A stretch of DNA of 64,000 bases, from assembly GCA_963833985.1 (NCBI GenBank), contig CAWIAD010000002.1:5632001-5696000 (forward strand). Reading direction: 5' to 3'. Below the pieces are notes generated by a model. That model ran no database searches. It saw nothing but the letters and a program-made list of their open reading frames with translations, and was not told where the DNA came from. Positions 50,140-60,783 of this stretch are shown here, in pieces. The DNA comes from an uncultured Planctomycetaceae bacterium (GTDB lineage Bacteria > Planctomycetota > Planctomycetia > Isosphaerales > Isosphaeraceae). The number at the start of each line of letters is the position of its first letter. The stretch's first letter is position 1. The translations under genes were made by a program, and so were the position numbers.

Positions 50140-52520
50140 CTATGGCCCCGCCACGTCCAGCTCGACCGACTTCACCTCGGCCGAGCTGCCGCCGATCATC
50201 AGCCGGAAGCGGCCAGGTTCGACGACGCGTTTCAGTTCCGGCCCGTGATAGGAGAGCTGCTCCGGACCAACCTCGAACGTCACGGTGCGCCGTTCGCCGG
50301 GTGCCAGCGTGATCCGCCGGAAGCCCTTCAGCTCCATCACCGGCCGGGTGGCGCGGCTCACCTCGTCGCGAATGTAGAGCTGGACGATCTCGTCGCCGGC
50401 CCTCTTCCCGGTGTTGGCCACTTCCACGGAGGCCGTGGCCCGGCCGCTCATCGGGATTCGGGCAGGCGAGACCGTGGGCGTGGAGTATGCGAAGGTGGTG
50501 TACGAAAGGCCGTGACCGAACGGAAAGAGCGGCCGGGTGGAGTCGAACAGGTAACCGCGTAGCGCCGTGGGCTTGTGGTTGTAGAAAAGCGGAAGCTGGC
50601 CCACGCCGCGGGGGAAGCTGACGGGGAGCTTGCCGCCCGGGTTCACGTCGCCGAAGAGCACCTCGGCCACTGCGGTGCCACCCTCCTGCCCCGGGTACCA
50701 GCACTCCAGAATCGCCGGGGCACGCTCGGCCAGCTCCGGGATGGCGGGGGGCCGGCCATTGATCAGCACCAGCACCGTCGGCTTGCCGGTGTCCAGCACC
50801 GCGCGCACCAGGTCTTCTTGCTGTCCCACCAGGTGCAGATCCGACCGGTCGCCCAGGTGATTCTCGGCGTATGCCTCACGCGACGTCTGCTCGTTATCTC
50901 CGACCACGACGATGGCCTGGTCGCTCTCTCGCGCAGCGCCACCGCCTCGGCGATGCGGCGCCTGTTGGCGTCCGGGTCCGCGAGCACAACGCGGTCGGCC
51001 GACGACCGGGCACGCGAGCGAGTCCCGCCGACGAGCGGCTGCGGGCCACTGGTAAACGTCGAGTCCTCCGTGATGCGCACTCCCTCCGCGTGAGCGACGG
51101 TGGCGTCCGCTCCCAGCCGCTTGCGGATCCCCTCCAGGATGCTCACCGAGTGCCGCGGCACGCCGGCATAGCCGCCCAGCATCACCTCGGCAGCGTGCGG
51201 GCCGATCACCGCCACGCGGCGCGCCTGGCTGGCCTGCAAGGGAAGCAGCCCGCCCCGGTTCTGGAGCAGCACGATCGCCTGGCGCACCGCCTCCAGAGCC
51301 AGGCCCCGGCTCTGGACCGAACCGGAGATCTCATCGGCGTGGGCCGGGTCCACGTACGGGTCCTCGAACAGGCCCAGCTCGAACTTGTCGCGTAGCAGCC
51401 GCCGTACGGCGTCATTGATGGCGGCCTCGGGCACGGTTCCGGTCTTCACCTGCTCGACCAGGGTGAAATAGGTCTCCACGTCGGGAAGCTCCACGTCCAC
51501 CGTCGCTTCGAGTGCCTGCCGCGCTGCACCGGCGGCGTCCGCGGCCACGTGATGACGACCGGCAAGCTCGCTGATGGCCCGCCAGTCCGAGACGATGGTG
51601 CCGTCAAACCCCCACTCCCCGCGCAGCACGCCGTGGAGCATCCAGCGGTTCGCATGCGAGGGAATGCCGTCGACCTCGTTGTACGAGGGCATGAGGCTGC
51701 GCGCGTGCCCCTGCTTCACGGCCACCTCGAACGGGGGGAAGAAGAACTCGCGCAGCGTCCGCTCGCCCAGGGGCGCCGGGCCCACGTTCGTCCCGGACTC
51801 CGGCTGGCCGTGCCCGGTCATGTGCTTGAGCGTGGCCATGACGTGCTGGGCCGGGATCGTCGGGCCGCCCCCTTGCAGGCCGCGCACCGCCGCCAGGCCC
51901 ATTTGTCCCGCCAGGTACGGATCCTCGCCGTAGGTCTCCTCGATGCGCCCCCAGCGCGGGTCGCGTGCCACGTCCACCACCGGAGCCAGCACCTGGTGCG
52001 CACCCCGGGCCCGCACCTCCCGTGCGACCACGGTGAAGGCACGCTCCACCAGGTCCGGGTTCCATGTGCTGGCCAGGGCAATGGCCTGGGGAAAGCTGGT
52101 CGCCTCCGGCCCTTGCAGGCCATGCAGCGACTCCTCGTGGAAGATCACGGGGATGCCCAGGCGTGTGCGCTCCTTCACCCAGCGCTGGATTGCGTTGATG
52201 AACTCCGCTTCCGCACGCGCCCCATGTCCGTCGCTGGGGCGCTCGATCCGGCCGATGCCCACCTGGAACCACTTCGGCGGATGGCTCGCGTCGAATCGCC
52301 CCTGGGCATCGGTGATCTGCGATTTGGCGGTCCAGAGGCACAACATCTGCGCCACCTTCTCCTCCAGCGTCATGCGCGAGAGGAGGTCCTGTACGCGTTG
52401 CGCCGTGGGGAGCGAGGGGTTGCGGTAGTCTGGCCGCGCTCCCTCGGTTTGCCCCCGGGCCGTCGCGGCAAGCAGGAGGGAACAGAGCACCAGAAGCCCC
52501 AGCAAGCGGTCGTATCTCAT
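50140..52520 (-). CDS. GH3 beta-glucosidase (frameshift ~50934)
   Basis: MTLEEK, RLGIP..HEESLHG, ARDPRWGRIEETYGEDP, KH, SDW, WYPGQEGG, FPFGHGLSYTTF, FN3-like end. Confidence 0.95.
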
Positions 52521-52874
52521 CAGGTCCTCGATACGGAAGAGGGGTGGTCGGGGATCACGCAAGGCCCCGCTTTCGGACGCGTGTTGCAGAAGCGGATCGG
52601 GGCCCTATGGCCCTCATGATATCGGACGGGAGGAGACCGTGTTACCGTCTCGCCCCTGGCCGCTCGAGGATCGTCGGCCGAACCGTGGTTCAACCCACGC
52701 TCGCGCCAGGCGGTCGCCCATCGCCCGAGGCAAGGTGGATTCGCCACGGACGCCTTGGGCCCAGTCGCAGAACCGGCGCGGGATCATCGCACCTGCCTTT
52801 TGCCGGCCCAGCCCTTGGGGTAGACTGCGCAGCATCCGTTTGATGCCGGGACTGTCAACGAAAGGAATGCCATC

Positions 52875-53519
52875 GTGTTCTGGTGGATCGTCGGCGGTGT
52901 CGTGGTCCTGGTGCTGGTGTACCTGGGCTGGGCCTACAACCAGCTCGTCAGTCTCAACAAGCGCGCGGAGGGCGCCTGGAGCGACATCGACGTCCAGCTG
53001 AAGCGGCGCTGGGACCTGGTGCCGGCCCTTGTCGAGACGGTCAAGGGCTATGCACAGCATGAGTCGGGCACGCTGGAGAGCGTCGTGCTGGCGCGGTCGC
53101 GGGCCACGGAGGCCAGTTCTCCCAGCGAGCGCGGTCCGAGCGAGCGCAGTCTCTCCACGGCGGTCGGCCGGATCTTCGCGCTGGCCGAGGCATACCCCGA
53201 GCTCAAGGCCAGCCAGAACTTCCAGGAGCTTCAGAAGTCGCTGGTCGAGATCGAGAACAACGTGCAGTACGCCCGCCGCTATTACAACGCCGTGATTCGC
53301 GACCTGAATACCCTGGTCCAGAGCTTCCCTTCGAACCTGGTGGCATCGGCCCTGGGATTTGGCGAACGCAGCTACTTCCAGCTTGACGAGGCGGAGCGCG
53401 CGGTCCCACGGGTTGCACTGGAGCGCAATGCCGGAGCGGGTGCCGCGGCCGCGCAGGCCCCCGGGGTGAATGCGGGATCGGCCCACTCCCCCGGCGCAAA
53501 TCCCGGTCCATCCGCCTGA
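52875..53519 (+). CDS. lemA: LemA family protein
   Basis: YNQLV, AWSDIDVQLKRRWDLVP, AEAYPELKA, ARRYYN, FPSN. Confidence 0.95.
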   Translation: MFWWIVGGVVVLVLVYLGWAYNQLVSLNKRAEGAWSDIDVQLKRRWDLVPALVETVKGYAQHESGTLESVVLARSRATEASSPSERGPSERSLSTAVGRIFALAEAYPELKASQNFQELQKSLVEIENNVQYARRYYNAVIRDLNTLVQSFPSNLVASALGFGERSYFQLDEAERAVPRVALERNAGAGAAAAQAPGVNAGSAHSPGANPGPSA

Positions 53520-53544
53520 ATCACGCCGAGGGAGGAGACGAACG

Positions 53545-55326
53545 TTGAAACGGTCGCACGCCCTGGGGCTCATGCTGAGCCTGGTTGCCTGGTGCGCTCT
53601 GGGCCATGCTCGGGCCCGAGCCGACAGTGGCTGGTCGATTCGCAATTTCGATGTCCAGCTCGTCATCCACGAGGACGCCAGCCTCGAGGTCACCGAGACG
53701 ATCGACGCCGATTTCTCGACCCCCAAGCATGGGATTCTCCGTGAGATGCCGGTGAGCTATGCCGTGGGGATGCACCAGTACGCGCTGCGGGTCCGGCTCC
53801 GGGGGGTCGATGATGGCGAAGGCAGGAGCTACGAAACCTCGGTGTCGTACGAGGAAAACCTCATGAGAATCCGGATCGGCAGCCCCGAATACACGGTCCA
53901 GGGGCTGAAGCGATACCGTCTGCGTTACCAGGTGGAGCGGGCGATCCTCTGGGAGGGCAACCATGCCTGGGAGAAAGGCAACTACGCCGTTCTGCGTTGG
54001 AATGCCACGGGCACGGAATGGCAGGTGCCCATCGCCGCGTCCCGCGTGACCGTTCGCCTGCCGCGCGACCTGAACGACTTCGAGCTCAGCTCCGATGCCT
54101 GGACCGGCTACTACGGAGCGCGCGGGAAGAACTTCACGAAAACCGTGATCGATGCGCGAACGGTGGAGTTCAAGACCGGCCCGTTGCAGCCGCGCGAGGG
54201 GATCACGGTGGAGGTCACGATGCCGGCGGACGCCGTCGCCCGCCCCGGCTGGAGCAAGGAGCTGCGCTGGTGGCTGGTTGATAACTTTCCCTACGCCGTC
54301 TTCCCCGCGGCCCTGGCAGGCTGCGTCCTCGCCTGGTATTTCCGCGGCCGCGACCTGCCCGGCACCGGCACCATCGTGGTCAACTACGAGGCGCCCGAGG
54401 GGCTCACGCCCGCCGAGGTGGGTACGCTCGTCGACGAGCAGGTCGATCTCCGCGACATCTCGGCCACGATCATCGACCTGGCGGTCCGCGGCTACCTGAA
54501 GATCGAGGAGGTCGCCTCGGGTTCGTGGCTCTCCTCGGGGAGCGATTACCGCTTCATCAAGCTCAAGGAGCCGCAAGGCCTGAAGAACTTCGAGCAGAAG
54601 CTGTTCGACAAGATCTTTGGCGGCAAGGCGAGCGTGACCCTGAGCGACCTGGCCGAAAAGTTCTACCCGGTGCTGCCCCAGGTGAAGAAGGACCTGTACC
54701 GCGGCCTGAGCAAGCAGGGCTTCTTCGACGGCAATCCGGAGGCCGTCCGCGGCAGTTCGCTGGTGCTGGGAATCCTGCTGGTTGCCGCCCTGCTCGCCGC
54801 CCTGTGCGCGATCCAGTACGCGCTCATTGGCCGGGTCTTCCTCCTGCCGGTGGTGATTGCCGGCATCCTCTCGGTGATCACGGTCGCAGTCACCAGCCGG
54901 GTGATGCCGCGCAAGACGCGGAAGGGACGGATCGCCTGGGAGAAGATCGCCGGACTCCAGGAGTACATCCGCCGGGCCGAGGTCGACGATCTCCAGCAAA
55001 GCGAGCGGCAGGGCGTGTTCGAGCGGCTCTTACCGTACGCCATCATCTTCGGGCTGTCGAAGCGGTGGGGCAAGGCGTTCACCGATCTGTACCGCCAGCC
55101 GCCGGACTGGTACCAGCCCGCCCGGCCGATGGACTTCTCCACCTGGGTACTGGTCAACGACCTCGATCGCTCCCTCTGGATGATGAACCAGACCTTTCCC
55201 ACCCAGCCGCGGGTGCAGATCGACACCGGCAGTGGCGGGGGCGGCTACAACTGGTCAAGCGGCGGCTTCGGGGGCGGGGGCTCCAGCGGTGGCGGCTTCG
55301 GCGGAGGCGGAGGAAGCTCATGGTGA
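53545..55326 (+). CDS. DUF2207 membrane protein
   Basis: VTETI..HGILR, LRWNATG..W, PAEVG, ATIIDLAVRGYL, LPYAIIFG, Gly-rich end GGGGGSSW; follows lemA. Confidence 0.9.
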   Translation: MKRSHALGLMLSLVAWCALGHARARADSGWSIRNFDVQLVIHEDASLEVTETIDADFSTPKHGILREMPVSYAVGMHQYALRVRLRGVDDGEGRSYETSVSYEENLMRIRIGSPEYTVQGLKRYRLRYQVERAILWEGNHAWEKGNYAVLRWNATGTEWQVPIAASRVTVRLPRDLNDFELSSDAWTGYYGARGKNFTKTVIDARTVEFKTGPLQPREGITVEVTMPADAVARPGWSKELRWWLVDNFPYAVFPAALAGCVLAWYFRGRDLPGTGTIVVNYEAPEGLTPAEVGTLVDEQVDLRDISATIIDLAVRGYLKIEEVASGSWLSSGSDYRFIKLKEPQGLKNFEQKLFDKIFGGKASVTLSDLAEKFYPVLPQVKKDLYRGLSKQGFFDGNPEAVRGSSLVLGILLVAALLAALCAIQYALIGRVFLLPVVIAGILSVITVAVTSRVMPRKTRKGRIAWEKIAGLQEYIRRAEVDDLQQSERQGVFERLLPYAIIFGLSKRWGKAFTDLYRQPPDWYQPARPMDFSTWVLVNDLDRSLWMMNQTFPTQPRVQIDTGSGGGGYNWSSGGFGGGGSSGGGFGGGGGSSW

Positions 55327-56789
55327 TTCATGGAACCCTGGCACTGGTCCTCGCCATCGCGGCTGCCTCGCAAGCCGGCTCGCAGGGCGACTCCGTCGCA
55401 CCGCCTCAGCCTTACGGGCCGGTCCCCAGCGCCCGGCAACTGCGCTGGCATGAGCTGGAGACTTACGCATTCTTGCACTTCAGCGTGAACACGTTCACCG
55501 ACAAGGAATGGGGTTATGGCGACGAGTCGCCGGCGGTCTTTCAACCGGCCGACTTCGACGCCGAGCAGATCGTCGGCGCGCTCCAGGCCGCCGGTCTGAA
55601 GGGAGCGGTGTTGACCTGCAAGCACCACGACGGCTTTTGCCTCTGGCCCAGCAAGTATACCGAGCACTCGGTGCGGCAGAGCCCGTGGAAGGACGGCAAG
55701 GGGGACGTCGTGCGTGAGATCTCGGACGCCTGCCGGCGGCACGGGCTGAGGTTCGGCGTCTACCTCTCTCCCTGGGATCGCAACCACAAGGACTACGGCA
55801 AGCCCGAGTACATCGCTTACTACCGCAACCAGCTCCGCGAGTTGCTTACCGCCTATGGACCGATCTTCGAGGTCTGGTTCGATGGTGCCAACGGCGGTGA
55901 TGGCTATTACGGCGGTGCCCGGACCACGCGCCGCATCGACCCTCGCACCTACTACGACTGGGAGAACACGTGGAAGCTCGTCCGCGAGCTCCAGCCCGAC
56001 GCCTGCATCTTCAGCGATATCGGCCCCGACGCGCGGTGGGTCGGCAACGAGTCGGGCGTGGCCGGCGATCCCTGCTGGTCCACCTTCAGCCCCGAGAAGT
56101 TCGCCATCGGTGCGACGCCGGGCGCGGCGCTCAATCGCGGCGAGCGCCACGGCAGCCGCTGGCTCCCCGCGGAGGTCGACGTCTCGATCCGCCCTGGCTG
56201 GTTCTATCATCCCCGTGAAGACGGCTCGGTGATGCCGGTATCAAGGTTGAACCGGCTCTATCTCGAATCGGTTGGCCGGGGCTGCAACCTGATCCTCAAC
56301 GTACCGCCCGACCGGCGGGGCCGCATCCACGAGAACGATGCTCAGGTGCTCCGCGCCTGGGGCCAGGCACGCGCCACGCACTTCGCCGCCGACCGGGCAC
56401 GCGAGGCCAGGGCGACGGCGAGCTCAACCCGCGGTGACGCTCCCCGGTTCAAGGCCGGCAACCTGGTCGATGGCAAGCAGGAGACCTACTGGACCAGCGA
56501 CGACAAGGTGAAGACGCCCGAGCTGATTCTCGAGTTCCCCCGGCCGGCGACCTTCGACACGATCCGGCTCCGGGAGCACCTGCCGCTGGGCCAGCGCATC
56601 GAGGGGTTCGCCGTCGACGCCGAGACCGCGGGCGGCTGGCAGCAGATTGCCTCCGGAACGAGCATCGGCAGCCAGCGGATCATGGTCGTGCCTCCGGTCT
56701 CGACGACCCGCGTGCGGCTGCGGATCACCCGGGCCCCGGTGTGTCCGGCGCTCTCGGAGCTGAGCCTCTTCGACGGCCGTGCCCGTTGA
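55320..56789 (+). CDS. GH29 alpha-L-fucosidase with F5/8 type C domain
   Basis: FLHFSVNTF, TCKHHDGFCLWPS, YLSPWDRN, VWFDGA, EVDVSIRPGWFYH, SVGRG. Confidence 0.95.
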   Translation: MVIHGTLALVLAIAAASQAGSQGDSVAPPQPYGPVPSARQLRWHELETYAFLHFSVNTFTDKEWGYGDESPAVFQPADFDAEQIVGALQAAGLKGAVLTCKHHDGFCLWPSKYTEHSVRQSPWKDGKGDVVREISDACRRHGLRFGVYLSPWDRNHKDYGKPEYIAYYRNQLRELLTAYGPIFEVWFDGANGGDGYYGGARTTRRIDPRTYYDWENTWKLVRELQPDACIFSDIGPDARWVGNESGVAGDPCWSTFSPEKFAIGATPGAALNRGERHGSRWLPAEVDVSIRPGWFYHPREDGSVMPVSRLNRLYLESVGRGCNLILNVPPDRRGRIHENDAQVLRAWGQARATHFAADRAREARATASSTRGDAPRFKAGNLVDGKQETYWTSDDKVKTPELILEFPRPATFDTIRLREHLPLGQRIEGFAVDAETAGGWQQIASGTSIGSQRIMVVPPVSTTRVRLRITRAPVCPALSELSLFDGRAR

Positions 56790-56973
56790 GCTGCACGCCC
56801 GGCCCTGCTCTACCCGTCACGTCAGGCGCCGTCGATACCTTTCCCGACATGGGGCTTGGGACGACCCGTGGGATGCCCTAGACTGGACAGGTCGTGCCTG
56901 GCTCGGCACCACCGACGATCGCGCGGAAGCCGGGCGAACTGATCGCTATTTCCAGAGTTCACGGAGTTGGTAC

Positions 56974-58557
56974 ATGCGTCGTACTGTCAAATGCAAGCGA
57001 TGGTGCCGGGCCCACTGCGCCTGGGCGCTGGCTCTTGTCACGATCCTGGCTGGAGCATGGTGTCCGGCCCGAGCCGATGTGAAGCTGCCGGCCCTCTTCA
57101 GCGACCACATGGTGCTTCAGCGCGATCAGAACGACCGCGTCTGGGGCTGGGCCGATCCTGGAGAGGAGGTGACGGTCGCCATCAACGGTCAGACGAAGAC
57201 GGCCACCGCCGGCGCCGATGGGAAGTGGCAGGTCACGCTCGACCCGCTCCCCACGGGCGGCCCCTACACGCTGACCGTCAAGGGCAAGAACACGTTGACG
57301 TTGAACGACGTTCTGGCGGGCGAGGTCTGGATCTGCTCGGGCCAGTCAAACATGCAATGGCCGGTCGCCGCTTCCCGTGATGGAGACCTGGAGACCCGCG
57401 CGGCGAACTATCCCGGCATCCGCCTCATCTCCGTGCCCAACCGCGGCACCCAGGAACCACAAAAGGACTTCCACGGCAAGTGGTCGGTCTGCTCGCCGCA
57501 GACCGTCGGCGGGTTCTCGGCGGTGGGGTATCTGTTCGGTCGAATGCTCCACCAGACGCTCGGCGTTCCCATCGGCCTGATCAACGATTCCTGGGGCGGA
57601 TCAGCCTGCGAGGCGTGGATTCCCCGCGAGACCCTGGCTGCTGACCCGGAATACAAACCGCTCATGGAGCACTGGGAGCAGATCGAGAAGAATTACGAGA
57701 AGAGCAAGCAGGCGCACGACGAGTGGCGGGCGGCTGCCACGAAGGCCAGAGCCGAGGGCAAGCAACCGCCCCGTGAACCGCGCAATGCCCAGGGCGATAT
57801 GACCGGCAACGCCCGCCCCGGCAACATCTTCAACGGCGTACTTCTACCCACGATCGGCTACGGCATCCGCGGGGTGATCTGGTACCAGGGCGAAACCAAC
57901 TCCGGCGGCGCCTACCAGTACCGCGACCTCTTCCCGCTCATGATCAAGACCTGGCGCGACCTCTGGGGCCAGGGAGACTTCTCATTCTACTGGGTCCAGC
58001 TTGCCGACTTCATGAACGAGCGTTCTGAGCCGGCAGAAAGCGCGTGGGCCGAGCTGCGCGAGGCCCAGACCATGACCATGAAGAAGCTCCCACATACCGG
58101 CGAGGCCGTGATCATCGACATCGGCGAGGGCAAGGACATCCACCCGCGCAACAAGATGGACGTCGCCAAGCGCCTGGTGCGCTGGGCGCTGGCCAGGGAT
58201 TACGGCATCGCAGTCCCCTGCCAGAGCCCGACCTATTCGTCGATGGAAAAGCAGGGCAACCGGATCGTGCTCTCGTTCGATCATGTGGACGGTGGTTTTC
58301 GTCCCTTCGACGTCAACGAACCGCGCGGATTTGCCATTGCCGGGTCGGACCACAAGTTCGTCAAGGCTCAAGCCAGGATCGTGGGTGGTGACAGGAAGAA
58401 GATCGAGGTCTGGTCTGACGATGTTTCCGAGCCGGTCGCCGTGCGCTACGCCTGGGCCGATAACCCGGTCTGCAACCTCTACAGCGCCGCCGGCTTGCCC
58501 ACGACGCCGTTCCGTACCGACGACTGGCCAGGCGTCACCATCAACAACAAGCAATAG
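56974..58557 (+). CDS. Sialate O-acetylesterase (SASA) family protein
   Basis: FSDHMVLQR, GEVWICSGQSNM, IWYQGE, VQLA, DIHPRNK, VRYAWADNP. Confidence 0.95.
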   Translation: MRRTVKCKRWCRAHCAWALALVTILAGAWCPARADVKLPALFSDHMVLQRDQNDRVWGWADPGEEVTVAINGQTKTATAGADGKWQVTLDPLPTGGPYTLTVKGKNTLTLNDVLAGEVWICSGQSNMQWPVAASRDGDLETRAANYPGIRLISVPNRGTQEPQKDFHGKWSVCSPQTVGGFSAVGYLFGRMLHQTLGVPIGLINDSWGGSACEAWIPRETLAADPEYKPLMEHWEQIEKNYEKSKQAHDEWRAAATKARAEGKQPPREPRNAQGDMTGNARPGNIFNGVLLPTIGYGIRGVIWYQGETNSGGAYQYRDLFPLMIKTWRDLWGQGDFSFYWVQLADFMNERSEPAESAWAELREAQTMTMKKLPHTGEAVIIDIGEGKDIHPRNKMDVAKRLVRWALARDYGIAVPCQSPTYSSMEKQGNRIVLSFDHVDGGFRPFDVNEPRGFAIAGSDHKFVKAQARIVGGDRKKIEVWSDDVSEPVAVRYAWADNPVCNLYSAAGLPTTPFRTDDWPGVTINNKQ

Positions 58558-58977
58558 GGTTTGCGCAGTCTCGCTCGTCGCACCGAGACGTTCGCCGCAC
58601 GCGCGAAGCTTGGAGGGCAGCCTTTCGGAGGCTTCCTCCAAGCTTCTCTTGTTGGCCGTGTCTGACCTTTCCGGGACCTGGCAATGGAATATCAGCCACT
58701 TGAGATTCAGGGCTCAAATGCAGGGGACCCGGACAATGGACGCGACCCGAACCAGACGCAGACGTGATCGTGCCCGGCAGACATGGTACGCGAAGCATCG
58801 CCAGTGGCGCTTCGCCCGCTTCCTGGGCTTCCCGGCCCCGGCGCCGTTCGCTGGTTCAGGGCAAAAGCTGGCTGCTCCGAGGTCCTGAAGAGACCTCGAT
58901 CTCGGAATGGATGAGAGCCGAGTATCGATGTAGAATGGAACGACCGGAACTGATGCACCTGGCGAGGTCCTTTTGTC

Positions 58978-59199
58978 TCTGTCCCTCTCGCGCAAATCAT
59001 CTCCGCTCAGCGGGCTCTCCACGGAATTGACTCTCTTCCTCGCACCGAGGCAGAGGCATTGAGCGTGCACGCCCTGCCAAGAGTTCACAAGGACTCTTTC
59101 GACCGCATGCTGATCTGTCAGGCGGTTGCCAACGGCCTTGACCTTTTGACCCCCGATCGCTGGATCCGGCAATATCCGGGTGTTCGTGTGCAGTGGTGA
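58978..59199 (+). pseudogene. 3' half of a PIN-domain (VapC-like) toxin
   Basis: HGIDSLP..LPRVHKDSFDRMLICQA..LLTPD..IRQY..W-stop; upstream in-frame stop at 58951 and no start. Confidence 0.75.
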
Positions 59200-59241
59200 G
59201 TCGCCCCGAGTCGACCGAACCAACCGAACCGGGTGAGCCAA

Positions 59242-59466
59242 TCAGGGATCAATGGAAGAAATGGCGGACGAGGCCCCGGAAGTCGCCCAGGAGATTGGGA
59301 ATCGCCAGTTCGTCTTCTGAAGCAGGGATGCGTGTGGTTCCGTTGCCCCGTTGCCATTCAGGCCGGCTCCGGCGGTCGTGGTCACGTCGATCCCACGCCT
59401 ACGAAGTCCGTCGGCGATCGCCGTATCGATATGTTCATCTAGGTGGAACCGGACCATCAGGCTCAT
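59242..59466 (-). pseudogene. DUF5615-like PIN toxin N-terminus fused to unrelated 3' fragment
   Basis: MVRFHLDEHID..IADGLRRRGIDVTT..AGL then similarity ends; another frame reads SEDELAIPNLLGDFRGLVRHFFH (Uma2 C-terminus-like). Confidence 0.65.
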
Positions 59467-59788
59467 TCTCGGCGGCCCGTTCTCGCACGAGCCTGGACGG
59501 GACAGTCCGACGCATCTCGGCAATCAGATCCTGATCCTTTTGAATCTGTCGGTCGATCTCGTCTCGGTGGTCCCAGTAATAAGCGAGCGCCGCATAGGCA
59601 TTCGCCAGTGAAAGCTGGGTGAATCGGGAGACGATCTCGTCGGGAGTAACATCGTCGAGCTCATGCCAGGTATAGATTTCGTGCACGCGGATTCGGGTTC
59701 CGGCAATGCACGGCCTGCCACAGCAGACTCCAGGATCTGCCTCGATCTGATCGGCAATGGTCCGGCTCACCTGCGGTAAGTCCCCCAA
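59435..59788 (-). CDS. DUF433 family antitoxin
   Basis: IEADPGVCCGRPCIAGTRIRV..DEIV..LSLANAYAALAYYWDHRDEID. Confidence 0.9.
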   Translation of the reverse strand: MGDLPQVSRTIADQIEADPGVCCGRPCIAGTRIRVHEIYTWHELDDVTPDEIVSRFTQLSLANAYAALAYYWDHRDEIDRQIQKDQDLIAEMRRTVPSRLVRERAAENEPDGPVPPR

Positions 59789-59801
59789 GTTCTCATTTCA
59801 T

Positions 59802-60252
59802 CTGTACTTTCCGCGATTTCGCTCCCTAACTTCGTGAGCTGATTCGGGTAGACGAATGCCGGTCCGGCCGGGACGATGTCGGTTAGCTGACCAAAACATC
59901 AACCCGGACGGAGCCGGCCATGACATCTTCGCACCAGGATGTGCCTGCATGCCAGTGGTTCTCGCGCCTCGCCGAATTCCTCGACCGCAGATCGGCTCCC
60001 AGACTGGCCTGGCTGTTCCTCGGGGCGGTCCTGGCCCGCGGGCGGAGGACCGTCACCAGCTGGATCCGAGCCGCTGGCCTGAGCAGCCAGTTTCGACCCT
60101 GCTACACGACGGTCGCGGCTGCCGGCAAGCAGGCCAAGAACATCGCCGCCCGCCTGGTCTGCGAGGTCGTCAAGCCCTTGGTTGCCAACCAGACGCGGCT
60201 CACCTTGGCGATCGACGACACGCCCACAGAGCGTTACGGGCCGCTGGTCCAA
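59802..60252 (+). mobile_element. Left part of an IS701-like element (transposase 59920-~60252 truncated)
   Basis: LARGRRTVTSWIRAAG, LAIDDTPTERYGP (first D of DDE); candidate end CTGTACTTTCCGC at 59802; cut at the RAYT-derived element. Confidence 0.75.
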
Positions 60253-60740
60253 AGGCAGAAGAGGACAGGCGTTTGCTCCGCGCGGGCAAGGCGGTGATCT
60301 CGGCGAAGCTGGCCGGGATCCTGGATCGACTGGGGAGCAACGCGGGGAACTGGCAGGCGCGGCTGCTGAAGCGGGCGGGCGGCTGCTGGGACGGTTCTTC
60401 GCCACGAGCCGAGAACGGCTGCGGGACGTGGCTGGGCGGCTGGGCCGACATCACCTGGCGAACCTGGGCGGCTGCCCGGCACGGTGAGGCCGCGGCAAGA
60501 TGTGCGGCACATATCGATCCCAGATCCTGGTCGGGCTGACGCCCGAGGTTGGCGGCTGCGCCCGTCCGAACCACGCGCTCACGCACGTGGTCACTCACCA
60601 TGCTCGAGGCAGACAACCAGATCGCTGTGTGAGCGTCGCTACTGGTGTCGAGTGGCTACTGGGCCAGGTCGCCCGTGTGAACAGTCATCCGGGGCAACCC
60701 GACCCGCAGAACGCGTGGCTGAGTCGCCTGTCCTTTTTTT
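60251..60740 (+). mobile_element. RAYT-derived non-autonomous element A (complete)
   Basis: AAAGGCAGAAGAGGACAGGC left end, 3' RAYT remnant (GKAVISAKLAGILDRLG..HHLANLGGCPAR-stop), two hairpins, right end GCCTGTCCTTTTTTT. Confidence 0.8.
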
Positions 60741-60783
60741 CGGTCAGCCGAGTCGGAGCAGGCGCGTGGCCTCTTGCACCACG

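Noticed and set aside
55230..55326. Gly-rich DUF2207 tail as another RiPP-like substrate
   Set aside because: No Cys, normal for DUF2207, no modifying enzyme adjacent
58718..58888. Arg-rich short ORF after the esterase gene
   Set aside because: No clear RBS or family resemblance; cannot be supported
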